Position numbers and translations under genes: made by a program. The notes under the pieces were generated by a model, which saw nothing but the letters and a program-made list of their open reading frames with translations, did not search any database and was not told the origin of the DNA. Source: a virus (taxonomy: Duplodnaviria; Caudoviricetes). From it: a stretch of DNA of 64,000 bases. The stretch spans positions 2,518-66,517 of the IMG/VR virus record IMGVR_UViG_3300044831_000007; one strand, given 5' to 3'. Below are positions 47,155 to 55,394 of this stretch, in pieces (position 1 is the stretch's first letter; the number at the start of each line of letters is the position of its first letter).

Positions 47155-47670
47155 ATGTCTGGATTCGAGCGTTTGACCGATCTGAGCATTCACGCGTCGA
47201 GCATGGAACCGCGTGTCGATGGCACGCCGTTGCGGGGGTTGGGGTGGGTGGAGATTGCGGCGACGATGGCGAGCCTGCCGAGCGAGGGGGGCGATCTACT
47301 GCGGGCGACGTACCTTGATGATCATCACGCGCTGGCGCGGACAGTGAAGCGGTTGACGGTGAGGCTTTCCGGGAGCGCTGCGTTGTCGCCTGAGATGCGC
47401 GCGGCGCTGGCTGTCACGGTGGTGCAGGCGTTCTTCTCGCTGCGTACCTGTGGCACCTGCGACGGGCATGGGCATCTACGTGGGCACCTGTGCCCTACGT
47501 GCCTCGGGGAGTGTGTGGACCATCTGCGGCCGGACGCGATCCGGGCCATGCTGGAAGTGAGTGAGCCGGTGTGGGATGCGTTGCTGGCGGTGCCGTTCGG
47601 TGAGCTGTACCGGGAGTTGCTGAGCTGGCATGAAGTCGCGCGGGCGATGCTGGAGCGTCGAGTGCGGTGA
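47155..47670 (+). CDS. Putative late antiterminator Q-like zinc-finger protein (171 aa)
   Basis: CGTCDGHG...CPTCLG zinc finger; last gene of the rightward middle operon; function inferred. Confidence 0.5.
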   Translation: MSGFERLTDLSIHASSMEPRVDGTPLRGLGWVEIAATMASLPSEGGDLLRATYLDDHHALARTVKRLTVRLSGSAALSPEMRAALAVTVVQAFFSLRTCGTCDGHGHLRGHLCPTCLGECVDHLRPDAIRAMLEVSEPVWDALLAVPFGELYRELLSWHEVARAMLERRVR

Positions 47671-47697
47671 GCGGGTCCTTGCGTACCTTTGGCACGA

Positions 47698-47907
47698 TTA
47701 CCGGAATAGGGCATGCCATTCGTGCGTGGCGCGGATGAGCGCTCCCACGATTGTGGGACCGACCACGTATAGTGTGACGAGCGCGAACAAGACTATGCCG
47801 ACTTTGGCGACGCGAAGCACGACTTCGCCGAACGTGTCTGGCGGTTCGTCGGGCGTGCCTTCTACGCGCTTCACTATCTTGCGGACATCCTCATCGAAGC
47901 TAGACAT
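47698..47907 (-). CDS. Small membrane protein (69 aa)
   Basis: AAGGT RBS; one long hydrophobic segment. Confidence 0.6.
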   Translation of the reverse strand: MSSFDEDVRKIVKRVEGTPDEPPDTFGEVVLRVAKVGIVLFALVTLYVVGPTIVGALIRATHEWHALFR

Positions 47908-47978
47908 TTTGCGTACCTTTCAGCGGTGGAAGGCGACGTACAGGGCGGCGATGCTGGCAAGCAAACTGGCGAACGATC

Positions 47979-48221
47979 TTATTCTGGGTGCTCCAGTTGG
48001 CGAAGCCGTTCGTCATGCTTGTCGTAGTGCTCCCATTGCGCGGCCACGGATTCACCGATGCTGGAAACAGTCGATCTGAGCAGTGCCAGTTCCTTTTCTA
48101 CGGCGGACTGGCGAGCCTTGAGCTGCATCATGTCGGCATGCGTCTCGGAGCGAAAGGCTTGCATCTCGGCCAGTACCTTGTCGAGCTTCACCAGCACAAT
48201 GTCTTTCGGTTCGTTTTCCAT
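47979..48221 (-). CDS. Coiled-coil hypothetical protein (80 aa)
   Basis: AGGAG RBS before ATG 48221; heptad pattern. Confidence 0.7.
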   Translation of the reverse strand: MENEPKDIVLVKLDKVLAEMQAFRSETHADMMQLKARQSAVEKELALLRSTVSSIGESVAAQWEHYDKHDERLRQLEHPE

Positions 48222-48229
48222 TATTTCTC

Positions 48230-48637
48230 CTATTCTGTGGTCTCTGGGATGGTCTGCCCGCAGCATGGGCAAATGATGGGCTTACCCGTGCGCTTTTGCT
48301 TGCGTTTCTCACGCGCGAGCGTGATCGAGACGTTCTGCGAGGTGATGCCAAAATGCCGAGCGGCGACTACAGGCCCCGTGCCCGGATTGTCCTGCATGAA
48401 CTGGATCGCCTTGCGTACCCTTGACATGGGTTTGACGTAGACGCCTAAGAGCGTGCCGTGCGCGGGATCGAATGCCGCCGGGTGTGCGCCCGCCACAGAC
48501 ACGGCGCGACGCGTGCCGGATTCGTTCTCATAGACGGCAAGGGCGACTATCTTGGGGCTCGCGAGGGCGCTTGTCAGTCCCGGATGGATAGACTCCGGGA
48601 AGAGGTTGAAAAGGTGGGTTTTGTCGATCGTTGCCAT
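48230..48637 (-). CDS. Hypothetical protein with HTH-like segment and C-terminal CPCC ribbon (135 aa)
   Basis: PVVAARHFGITSQNVSITL; ICPCCGQTI. Confidence 0.6.
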   Translation of the reverse strand: MATIDKTHLFNLFPESIHPGLTSALASPKIVALAVYENESGTRRAVSVAGAHPAAFDPAHGTLLGVYVKPMSRVRKAIQFMQDNPGTGPVVAARHFGITSQNVSITLAREKRKQKRTGKPIICPCCGQTIPETTE

Positions 48638-48683
48638 TGCCGTTAACTCGGTTGCGTACCTTTGGCATTGTACTGCTACGGGC

Positions 48684-48971
48684 TCAAACTTCCACGCAAT
48701 GCGCTTCGGCTTTCAGGGCGGCGAATTTCTCCGCATAGAACGTGTCGATGGCTTCGAGAAAATCGTCTTTCTCTTCGTCTGGCCGAGCTTCATAGGCTTT
48801 GTCGAATTCCTCCGCCCACGCAATTACGAGCTGGTACAGCCCGAACGAACCTTGAACGTGGTCGATCAGGGTCTCGCACACTGTCCGGTGCGTGTGGGAC
48901 CATTCATGGCCCAGGTTAAACGCGAGGGCGGCGACAACTTCGGCGATGCGGGTGTGATCGTTGGTTTCCAT
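48684..48971 (-). CDS. Early hypothetical protein (95 aa)
   Basis: CCGGAG RBS before ATG 48971. Confidence 0.7.
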   Translation of the reverse strand: METNDHTRIAEVVAALAFNLGHEWSHTHRTVCETLIDHVQGSFGLYQLVIAWAEEFDKAYEARPDEEKDDFLEAIDTFYAEKFAALKAEAHCVEV

Positions 48972-48976
48972 GGTCT

Positions 48977-49297
48977 TTACTCCGGGAGTTGGGGGAATGA
49001 GGCGGCGAACGACTGCATGATTGTTTCCTGATAGCGCGTGGTGAATTCGCCGTTGAGCTGAACCCGTGCAATCCAGTTCTTGCCATTGAGCAACGAATAG
49101 AAGTTCGCTTCGCCGTCCGGTTTGACTTCGAGGGGTTGCGTACCTTTGGCATGTGCGTTCATGCCGTCTACGACGCCTGCTAGGCGTGTCAGCTCTGCGC
49201 GTGCGATGCGCTTGCCTTCGTCTGTGCCGTCCTCCAGCGCGGCCAGCAGGATGGGCATTACTGCGGCCCATGTCGGCGTTATGTCGATCGTTTCCAT
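48977..49297 (-). CDS. Early hypothetical protein (106 aa)
   Basis: GAGGT RBS; TIDITPTWAAVMPILL motif. Confidence 0.7.
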   Translation of the reverse strand: METIDITPTWAAVMPILLAALEDGTDEGKRIARAELTRLAGVVDGMNAHAKGTQPLEVKPDGEANFYSLLNGKNWIARVQLNGEFTTRYQETIMQSFAASFPQLPE

Positions 49298-49326
49298 CGC
49301 GTACCTCTGGTAGTTGTGGGAAGGCG

Positions 49327-49509
49327 TCAGGCTGCGGCGCGAAACAAGGCATAGGCGACGTTATCGGTCCAGACCATGCCTTGCAGTATCTGCTGTTGAC
49401 GGACGTATTCGCGAGCTGCGGTCATGCTATTGCCCTTGGAACCGGGAAAGTCAATCCAATGGCGGTAAGCCTTAAGCATGGTCGCGGCGATCTCTTCGCA
49501 TTCAGTCAT
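49327..49509 (-). CDS. Early hypothetical protein (60 aa)
   Basis: CCGGAG RBS before ATG 49509. Confidence 0.65.
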   Translation of the reverse strand: MTECEEIAATMLKAYRHWIDFPGSKGNSMTAAREYVRQQQILQGMVWTDNVAYALFRAAA

Positions 49510-49586
49510 GGTCGTTACTCCGGTTGTGGTGGGCAAATTGGGAGCCCCTTGGGGAAGGGCTCCGGGTTTGCGTACCTTTGGAATGC

Positions 49587-49850
49587 TTACGAGTGGAATT
49601 CGACGGTCGCGCCCTTGGTGCGCTGGATTGCACCGATGAACAGTTTTCCGCCATCTTCATATGATATGGAGATTCCGTATTCCAACCATTGCGGGTGTTT
49701 GTAGTCGGGCGCGTCGTCTGGAATTCGAGCGGCGCAAAACACTTTTATCTCTTTGGCGCGGTGGGTGTGCCGTGCTGCGTTCGCCATAACGGCGGCGAAG
49801 AATTCCGGCTCTTCTTTCGCCAGCTCGGCGTCGATAACTTGAATGTCCAT
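49587..49850 (-). CDS. Early hypothetical protein (87 aa)
   Basis: GGGGA RBS; ends GAIQRTKGATVEFHS. Confidence 0.7.
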   Translation of the reverse strand: MDIQVIDAELAKEEPEFFAAVMANAARHTHRAKEIKVFCAARIPDDAPDYKHPQWLEYGISISYEDGGKLFIGAIQRTKGATVEFHS

Positions 49851-49910
49851 GGTGGTCCCCTGCGGTGGTGGTTGTGGTCGATCTGGAGCCCTTGGCGGGG
49901 CTCCAGCGGG

Positions 49911-50471
49911 TTAGAACGGTTCGTCTTTGCCGGGTGTCGGCTTGGCCTTCGCCGGCGTCGGCGTCGGCGTCGGCTTGGCCTTGGGTTGCAGTGCGGTTAA
50001 GTCGGCGAAAAGCTTTTGCGTCACTTCGTCCGCCGTCTCGGTCGTGGTGCGCAGAATTCTAAGCGGGGGCGGGAGGTCGTCTGGAAAGTCCCAATGCTGC
50101 GCGTCATACCCCGGCAGTTCACGCACGGCGCTATTGACGATAGAGGCGGTTATCTGAGCTGCAAGCGTCGTTTCGTAGTTCGGGATTTCGCAGGCCTGAT
50201 AGTCGAAGCAGATACAGGCCTTGAGGATCGCAAGGGGCGTGAGTGCTGCCTTGTTGCGGTACTCGGTGAAGCTGTACCCCTCCGTATCTTCGCCGTGACC
50301 ATAGCGGGCTTTCAGGCTGTCCACGTTGGCGCGTCTAAGAATGTCGGCTATCTCTGCGGTGTTGGTCGAACCCTTGAGATGCACATTCCAATGATTGATG
50401 TAGGTATCGTGGATCTTCGCGAACGTCGCGAGGGCGTTTAGATGGTCGGCTGAAACTAGGTAAGCGGACAT
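49911..50471 (-). CDS. Early hypothetical protein (186 aa)
   Basis: CCGGAG RBS; MSAYLVS...ANVDSLKARY...ILKACICFDYQACE motif. Confidence 0.75.
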   Translation of the reverse strand: MSAYLVSADHLNALATFAKIHDTYINHWNVHLKGSTNTAEIADILRRANVDSLKARYGHGEDTEGYSFTEYRNKAALTPLAILKACICFDYQACEIPNYETTLAAQITASIVNSAVRELPGYDAQHWDFPDDLPPPLRILRTTTETADEVTQKLFADLTALQPKAKPTPTPTPAKAKPTPGKDEPF

Positions 50472-50543
50472 GCGGTTATCTCCGGTGGTGGTCGTGGTGG
50501 CGGTGGGCAAATTGGGAACCCCTGTGAGGGGTTCCGGGTTTGG

Positions 50544-50825
50544 CTACCAGTGGGCAAACGCGGGCAAGGTCTTATAAATGCGGTCGCAGATGGTTTCATA
50601 GGTGAGGGCGGCGGTGATGTCACCACGGGCGCGGCACTTCATCGCGACGGCCTTGTTAATGGCGTAGTGCGCGAGGTCTCGCGTGGCGGTCTTGGTGCCT
50701 TCTCCACCTTCGGGGAACAGCTCTTTCACGCGAATGCCTCCATGGTGTCGAACCCAAAACGCGGATAGTTCGGCGGCGTCCATGGCGTCGAGGTTCGGCG
50801 CGTTGCTGGTGGTGTCGGTGTTCAT
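50544..50825 (-). CDS. Early hypothetical protein (93 aa)
   Basis: ATGA coupling; CDRIYKTLPAFAHW end. Confidence 0.7.
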   Translation of the reverse strand: MNTDTTSNAPNLDAMDAAELSAFWVRHHGGIRVKELFPEGGEGTKTATRDLAHYAINKAVAMKCRARGDITAALTYETICDRIYKTLPAFAHW

Positions 50826-51043
50826 AGCGAGGTCCCAAAAAATGCGTTGTACTGCGTGCGCGCGTCGTATGCGGTCCAATCGGTGATGTCCAGTACGGTT
50901 CCGACTGCCAGCGCTGCGGCTTGTTTAAGCGCGTAGGCCGGCGATTTGCCACGGGAGAGCAGATAGAAGGCGCGTTCGTAGCCTGCGGGCGTCAGGCGGT
51001 ACAGCGTGCCTCTATGTACCAGATGGCGGGGCGCGGTGGTCAT
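50822..51043 (-). CDS. Early hypothetical protein (73 aa)
   Basis: GGAG RBS, ATGA coupling. Confidence 0.6.
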   Translation of the reverse strand: MTTAPRHLVHRGTLYRLTPAGYERAFYLLSRGKSPAYALKQAAALAVGTVLDITDWTAYDARTQYNAFFGTSL

Positions 51044-51387
51044 ACCCGGCTCCATCCTACTGGGAACCCAGCGGCGGCAAGTTCGGCGCGTGCGGCGTCG
51101 TCCCAATGTGCGGGGCTCTCACTCTCGCACCGATACGCGTATTCAGTCGCGGCTTCGTCTTCGTCGTCATACCGGCACACTACTTCGCGATAGGTCCCAA
51201 AGTCGTGCGAGTTGGCTTTGATCCGCAGAAAAGCTCCTTCGGGTGGTTCGCCTAGTGCGCGTCTGATTTGAAAGGCGAACGCGCGGCACTCTGCGAGGTT
51301 GTGTGCGGCGAAGTTCTCTTCTACTCCGCAAGCTGCGGCGTCTTCTTCGCAAGGGCTCGGGCCGATGTCTACCGTTTCCATGGTCAT
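51040..51387 (-). CDS. Early conserved-looking hypothetical protein (115 aa)
   Basis: CCGGAG RBS; IGPSPCEED...HDFGTYREVVCRYDD motif. Confidence 0.75.
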   Translation of the reverse strand: MTMETVDIGPSPCEEDAAACGVEENFAAHNLAECRAFAFQIRRALGEPPEGAFLRIKANSHDFGTYREVVCRYDDEDEAATEYAYRCESESPAHWDDAARAELAAAGFPVGWSRV

Positions 51388-51419
51388 GGTACTTACTCCG
51401 GTGGTGGTGATGGTGCGGA

Positions 51420-51503
51420 TCAGATAAAGCCGTTCAAGTGACCGGCGTAAAGCCAGAATGCGAATAGCGCGGCGAAGTTTGCGAACAGCACATAACGGAA
51501 CAT
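51420..51503 (-). CDS. 27-aa hydrophobic peptide; not in the ORF track
   Basis: GGAG RBS; MFRYVLFANFAALFAFWLYAGHLNGFI; fills the gap after a stem-loop element. Confidence 0.55.
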   Translation of the reverse strand: MFRYVLFANFAALFAFWLYAGHLNGFI

Positions 51504-51569
51504 GGTTTGTGTCTCCAGGCGGTGGGCAAACTGGGAACCCCTCGGCGAAGGGTTCCGGTGTGCCTACTG

Positions 51570-52568
51570 TCAGACCGTCAGCAGTTGAGCGGCGCGGGTC
51601 TTCAACTTGTCACCGTTGCCAAACCAAGCGCTATCGGTGCGGTTGTCGTCAGACCGGGCGCGAATATGGTGGTCAACGTACTCCGTAACGCTGTTGAGCA
51701 GTCCCCAGCGTGTGCCCCGTACACCGTCGAGCGTCGCGCCCTTACCTTGGCCATTGAACAGCCCCATGATCGTCTCAAACCCGGTTGTCTTGCGGGTCTC
51801 TTCGATCACTGCGGCGGTTGCCTTGTCCCAATCCTTGGCGGTCAAAATCTCGAAAACGAATTGCTCGGCGCTGTCATGTCCGCAGGGTTCGGCAGCTAAC
51901 AGGCGGGCCGTCTTGGCCCAATCGCTGAAACCATCGCGGGCAATGCCAAGTTGGTCTTTCAGCGCTTCGGGATCGAAGATTGAGCGGTGCGAAACTTTCA
52001 CGGACGTGCGGCCGTCTGACTCGCGAAAAGCCATTGCGATGGTATTGGCGCATACCACGCGCTCCGTTACGTATTTGCCTTCCGTCGCGCGGGAGCCGTC
52101 GCAAGCTGTCGAGATGAGCAAAAACGGCGCTACTGCGTCCGCCTTGTTACGGATGATTGCATCGGGACCAATGCGGGCCATGGCCCAATAGACGCGGCCT
52201 TCCTTGAGTACACCTGCGGTTTCGAGCTGGAACCCGGCGCGGTCTGACAGGTCGCGGAACGTCTCGATTACTTGGCGGGGCTGGACAATGTTGAAGCGGT
52301 CGGAAACGACAGCGAGGGGCAATTTCGTGTCTGACCGAAAGATGACAACCTGACCGGGCATTTCGCGGAACGCATCCGGCGTCATGCCGTGCGCCGTGGC
52401 ATAGCGCACTTTCCCGCGTTGCAGCTCGTAGGCCATGTGTGCTTTGGTCTGGATCACTTCGAGCGAGTCGCCGGCGAAAATTTCCTGCCCTTTGTCGTGC
52501 CAACCTTTCGCGCCGCGATAGGCGAAACCATAGGTGCCGTCTGCGGCTTGTGCGAGTTCGTGTGCCAT
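51570..52568 (-). CDS. DUF932 / TIGR03299-type phage-plasmid protein (332 aa)
   Basis: AYRGAKGWHDKG, VVSDRFNIVQP, LETAGVLKEGR, LISTACDGS, VVCANT, WGLLNSVTEYVDH. Confidence 0.85.
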   Translation of the reverse strand: MAHELAQAADGTYGFAYRGAKGWHDKGQEIFAGDSLEVIQTKAHMAYELQRGKVRYATAHGMTPDAFREMPGQVVIFRSDTKLPLAVVSDRFNIVQPRQVIETFRDLSDRAGFQLETAGVLKEGRVYWAMARIGPDAIIRNKADAVAPFLLISTACDGSRATEGKYVTERVVCANTIAMAFRESDGRTSVKVSHRSIFDPEALKDQLGIARDGFSDWAKTARLLAAEPCGHDSAEQFVFEILTAKDWDKATAAVIEETRKTTGFETIMGLFNGQGKGATLDGVRGTRWGLLNSVTEYVDHHIRARSDDNRTDSAWFGNGDKLKTRAAQLLTV

Positions 52569-52641
52569 GGTGGTAAAGCTCCGTTAGTAGTGCTACAGGG
52601 TGGGTAAACTCAGAACCCCTCGGCGAAGGGTTCGGATTTAC

Positions 52642-52890
52642 CTACAGGCCTGCGGTAAGGGCGGCGACTCGTGCTTCCAGTAGTGCGGCAAGCGTGCGGG
52701 CGTCGGCCAGTGCGTCGAGCGCGTCACGGTTCAGGGCGGCTTTGAGGGCGTCGCGCAACCAGAAACTGGTCGCGGGGTTGTTGATAAACAGGGCAATGCC
52801 ACGGTCGGAGCGCGCGAGCTGGAGCGCGGCGGGCATTGTCGAGACAACGTGCGCGATTTGCTGCGCTTCTGCGTACTGGTTCGGTGTCAT
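52642..52890 (-). CDS. First early-operon hypothetical protein (82 aa)
   Basis: CCGGA before ATG; follows the AT-rich divergent promoter region. Confidence 0.6.
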   Translation of the reverse strand: MTPNQYAEAQQIAHVVSTMPAALQLARSDRGIALFINNPATSFWLRDALKAALNRDALDALADARTLAALLEARVAALTAGL

Positions 52891-53233
52891 GTCCGGTAGT
52901 CCTATGGGGGTTCATCGGGGCGGAATGCCCCTTGCCCAAATAATGGGGGTTGTAAATATAGCTGGTAATCAGTGTAAACCCTTGAACTAGTGTTTCCCTT
53001 AACTGTGGGAGCAAATTGGTGCGACGCAGCACCGATGCTCTGATTTTTATGGGGGTGCGTCATATGGGGTAAGCGTCTCCGGGGCGAAACGCAGTGCAAT
53101 AAGTGGGGTTTTTTCGTGAGCTGCAAACTGATTCAACCGACGAATGCATTGTTATGACGTTAAGTTTTTGTTGCGTTCATACCATATGATGAAATACTAT
53201 CCCGCTGGGGGCATTGCGCCCATAAAACACAAG

Positions 53234-53259
53234 GGCTCGCCACTTCGGCGGGCCTTTTT
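53234..53259 (+). terminator. Terminator just upstream of the late genes
   Basis: ggctcgcc-acttc-ggcgggcc stem plus TTTTT. Confidence 0.7.
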
Positions 53260-53275
53260 ACGTTGGGGGTTTCCC

Positions 53276-53641
53276 ATGGCGGTAACAGTCGAGATAACGC
53301 TAGGCGATGATGGCGCGCTAACGGTCGGTATCGCGGAACAGCCTTCCGCCGATCTTGATAACCAGCAGTCGGTTCAAGACATTGGCCAAGCGCTGGCCAT
53401 GGCCAAGCATCTGTTAGAGAACCCGCCGGCGGATACCGACGAATCCAGCGAAGCGGGCGGAGCTGCTGACGCGGACGACAGCGCGAGTGCTGGTGGAGCT
53501 GGTGGAGCTGGTGGAGCTGGTGGCGCTGCGATGCCTGCTGACGCTAGCGGCGCTGCGATGCCTCCAGCGGGCGGGGATCAAACGACTGACCCTAAAGCGA
53601 TATGGGATCAGCTCGCAGCACAAGGGCGTCCGGCTCATTAG
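53276..53641 (+). CDS. Acidic low-complexity hypothetical protein (121 aa)
   Basis: GGGGG RBS-like; D/E/G/A-rich with 9-bp gctggtgga repeats. Confidence 0.55.
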   Translation: MAVTVEITLGDDGALTVGIAEQPSADLDNQQSVQDIGQALAMAKHLLENPPADTDESSEAGGAADADDSASAGGAGGAGGAGGAAMPADASGAAMPPAGGDQTTDPKAIWDQLAAQGRPAH

Positions 53642-54148
53642 GTGTCACTGATTGAGCCAGGGTTTATGCACTTTTTTGCTATTGGGAGGGCGGACAGCTA
53701 TCCGGCGCTGGCGCGAGCTGCGGAGCTGGCAAGCGGCGCGGTCTTCCCACAGTCGTGGGAACGGTGCCCGATATGCGGTATGCGTCCGGTATGCTGGCCA
53801 AAGGTTGATCACTGTTATTATGTCAAGTTGCCTAATGCCCGCAAAGCCTTACTGGGCAAGGGTTCGCATGTAGCGCGTGTGTTGATCTAGTGCCAGACCG
53901 CCAGAATGCAGGCGATTGCATGCCATCGCAAGCATTCTGCCCGCCATGTCTCACGTCATACCATATGAGGGGTGGGGGCTTGTCGATGAGCTTTGGACCC
54001 CCCGGCACCCCGCTTTCGTCCCCCGGAACGGGTCCCTGGGCTCGCGTGCATCAGTGTGGGGACAAGAAATTTTTTCCCAAAAAATTTTAAAGGGACTGTT
54101 AAGGACTCTTAACGACTTAACACCCCTGACTCTCTGACGGAGCCAATC

Positions 54149-54826
54149 ATGGCAACCGAGATTCCCGGCCACAAGGCAAAGCGGGCCGCTGCAAAGAACA
54201 GGAAGCCCACGCTCGCTGAATCGCTGGAAGACGAGATTTCGAAGCTCGCGCAAGCCAAGTTCGTGGCCAGCGCCGCGATTGATTCGGCGATTGCGCTGCA
54301 ACAGGCGAAGCTGCCGAACCGGGTGATTTCGGCGACGCACCTGAAGGCGAAGATGGGCGTGAAGCTGGATGACGTGCGCGATGAGTTGCTGATCCGGGTC
54401 GCCGAAGGCGAGAGTGTTTTCACGATCTGTCATGACGCGCACATGCCTTGCCGCTCGGTGATGTACCGCTGGATTCAGAAAGACACCCAGTTCTGTGCGG
54501 AATACGAAGCCGCTCTGTACCAGCGTGCGGATAAGTACGTGGAACAGATCGCCGACCTCTCGGAGCACATGCAGATGCGCGCCAAGATGGGCGCGTCCAA
54601 CGAAGAGATGACTGCGTTGAAGACGCACATCAATTCGCTCCAGTGGATCGCGGCCAAGCTGAACCCAAGGAAGTACGGGGAGAAGCAGCACCTCGAAGTG
54701 GAACAGACCATCAAGCTCGATGACAAGCAGCTCGACATGCGGCTTGAAGCGTTGCTGGCCAAAGCACGCGCCGCGCAGTTGGTGGCGCCGCCGCTGATCG
54801 CCAATGAACTCGTGCATGAACTTTAA
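54149..54826 (+). CDS. terS: Terminase small subunit (Sf6/P22-like fold, 225 aa)
   Basis: AEGESVFTIC...MPCRSVMYRWI...EYEAA...LQWIAAKLNPRKYGEK; GGAG RBS. Confidence 0.85.
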   Translation: MATEIPGHKAKRAAAKNRKPTLAESLEDEISKLAQAKFVASAAIDSAIALQQAKLPNRVISATHLKAKMGVKLDDVRDELLIRVAEGESVFTICHDAHMPCRSVMYRWIQKDTQFCAEYEAALYQRADKYVEQIADLSEHMQMRAKMGASNEEMTALKTHINSLQWIAAKLNPRKYGEKQHLEVEQTIKLDDKQLDMRLEALLAKARAAQLVAPPLIANELVHEL

Positions 54827-54828
54827 GC

Positions 54829-55386
54829 ATGAACTTCAGGCGAGTTGTGCCGGCGCTGCCGGTAGTCGCGCTGGTCCAGGCGATCGAACATCACCCCACG
54901 CTCTGGCGCCGGCACACCTTGCGCCAAGAGTTTCTGGGCTCGCCCCACTGGCAAACCTATTGCATCTACCTGCGCGGGCCGAGTGACTTCACGTTTTCTG
55001 AGTACTTCATGGACATCGGCGCGTTCGACTACGACACGCCGGCGCCCGTGTGGCGTGCTGCGGCCGACATCGTGACGGCGATTGTTCAAGCGACTCAGGC
55101 CACTGAGCTGGGCCGGGTCCTGATCGTGACCATGCCCGCCGGCGCAGAACTCAAAGAGCACCGCGACGAAGGGGTCTACGCCGAGCACTACGACCGCGTG
55201 CATGTGGCGCTCGTGACGAACCCGCGCGCCGAGCTGGTCTGCAACGGCGAAGCCCGTCATATCCCGGCGGGCGAAGCGTGGTGGTTCGATCACCGCGCGC
55301 CGCACACCGCCCACAACCGGGGCGATTCGGGACGCATCCACCTGATCGTGGACCTCGTGGCGCCCGGTCTCAGGCACGTCCGATAG
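54829..55386 (+). CDS. Aspartyl/asparaginyl beta-hydroxylase-like 2OG-Fe(II) oxygenase (185 aa)
   Basis: H-x-D (EHRDEG), RVHVAL, GEAWWFD, distal H (PHTAHN), RIHLIVD. Confidence 0.8.
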   Translation: MNFRRVVPALPVVALVQAIEHHPTLWRRHTLRQEFLGSPHWQTYCIYLRGPSDFTFSEYFMDIGAFDYDTPAPVWRAAADIVTAIVQATQATELGRVLIVTMPAGAELKEHRDEGVYAEHYDRVHVALVTNPRAELVCNGEARHIPAGEAWWFDHRAPHTAHNRGDSGRIHLIVDLVAPGLRHVR

Positions 55387-55394
55387 GAACGCCA

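Larger units (their letters stand above)
49529..52645 (-). repeat. Family of five intergenic stem-loops (49529-49576, 49883-49914, 50503-50547, 51522-51567, 52600-52645)
   Basis: Plus-strand consensus GTGGGCAAA(T/C)TGGGA(A/G)CCC-loop-GGG(T/C)TCCGG(G)TTTG; each lies between a stop codon and the next RBS. Confidence 0.8.

Noticed and set aside
53642-54148. Short ORFs (53642-53890, 53890-54090) and a possible pac site before terS
   Set aside because: The ORFs lack RBS and recognisable content; a pac site is plausible for a P22-like terminase but cannot be located from sequence alone.
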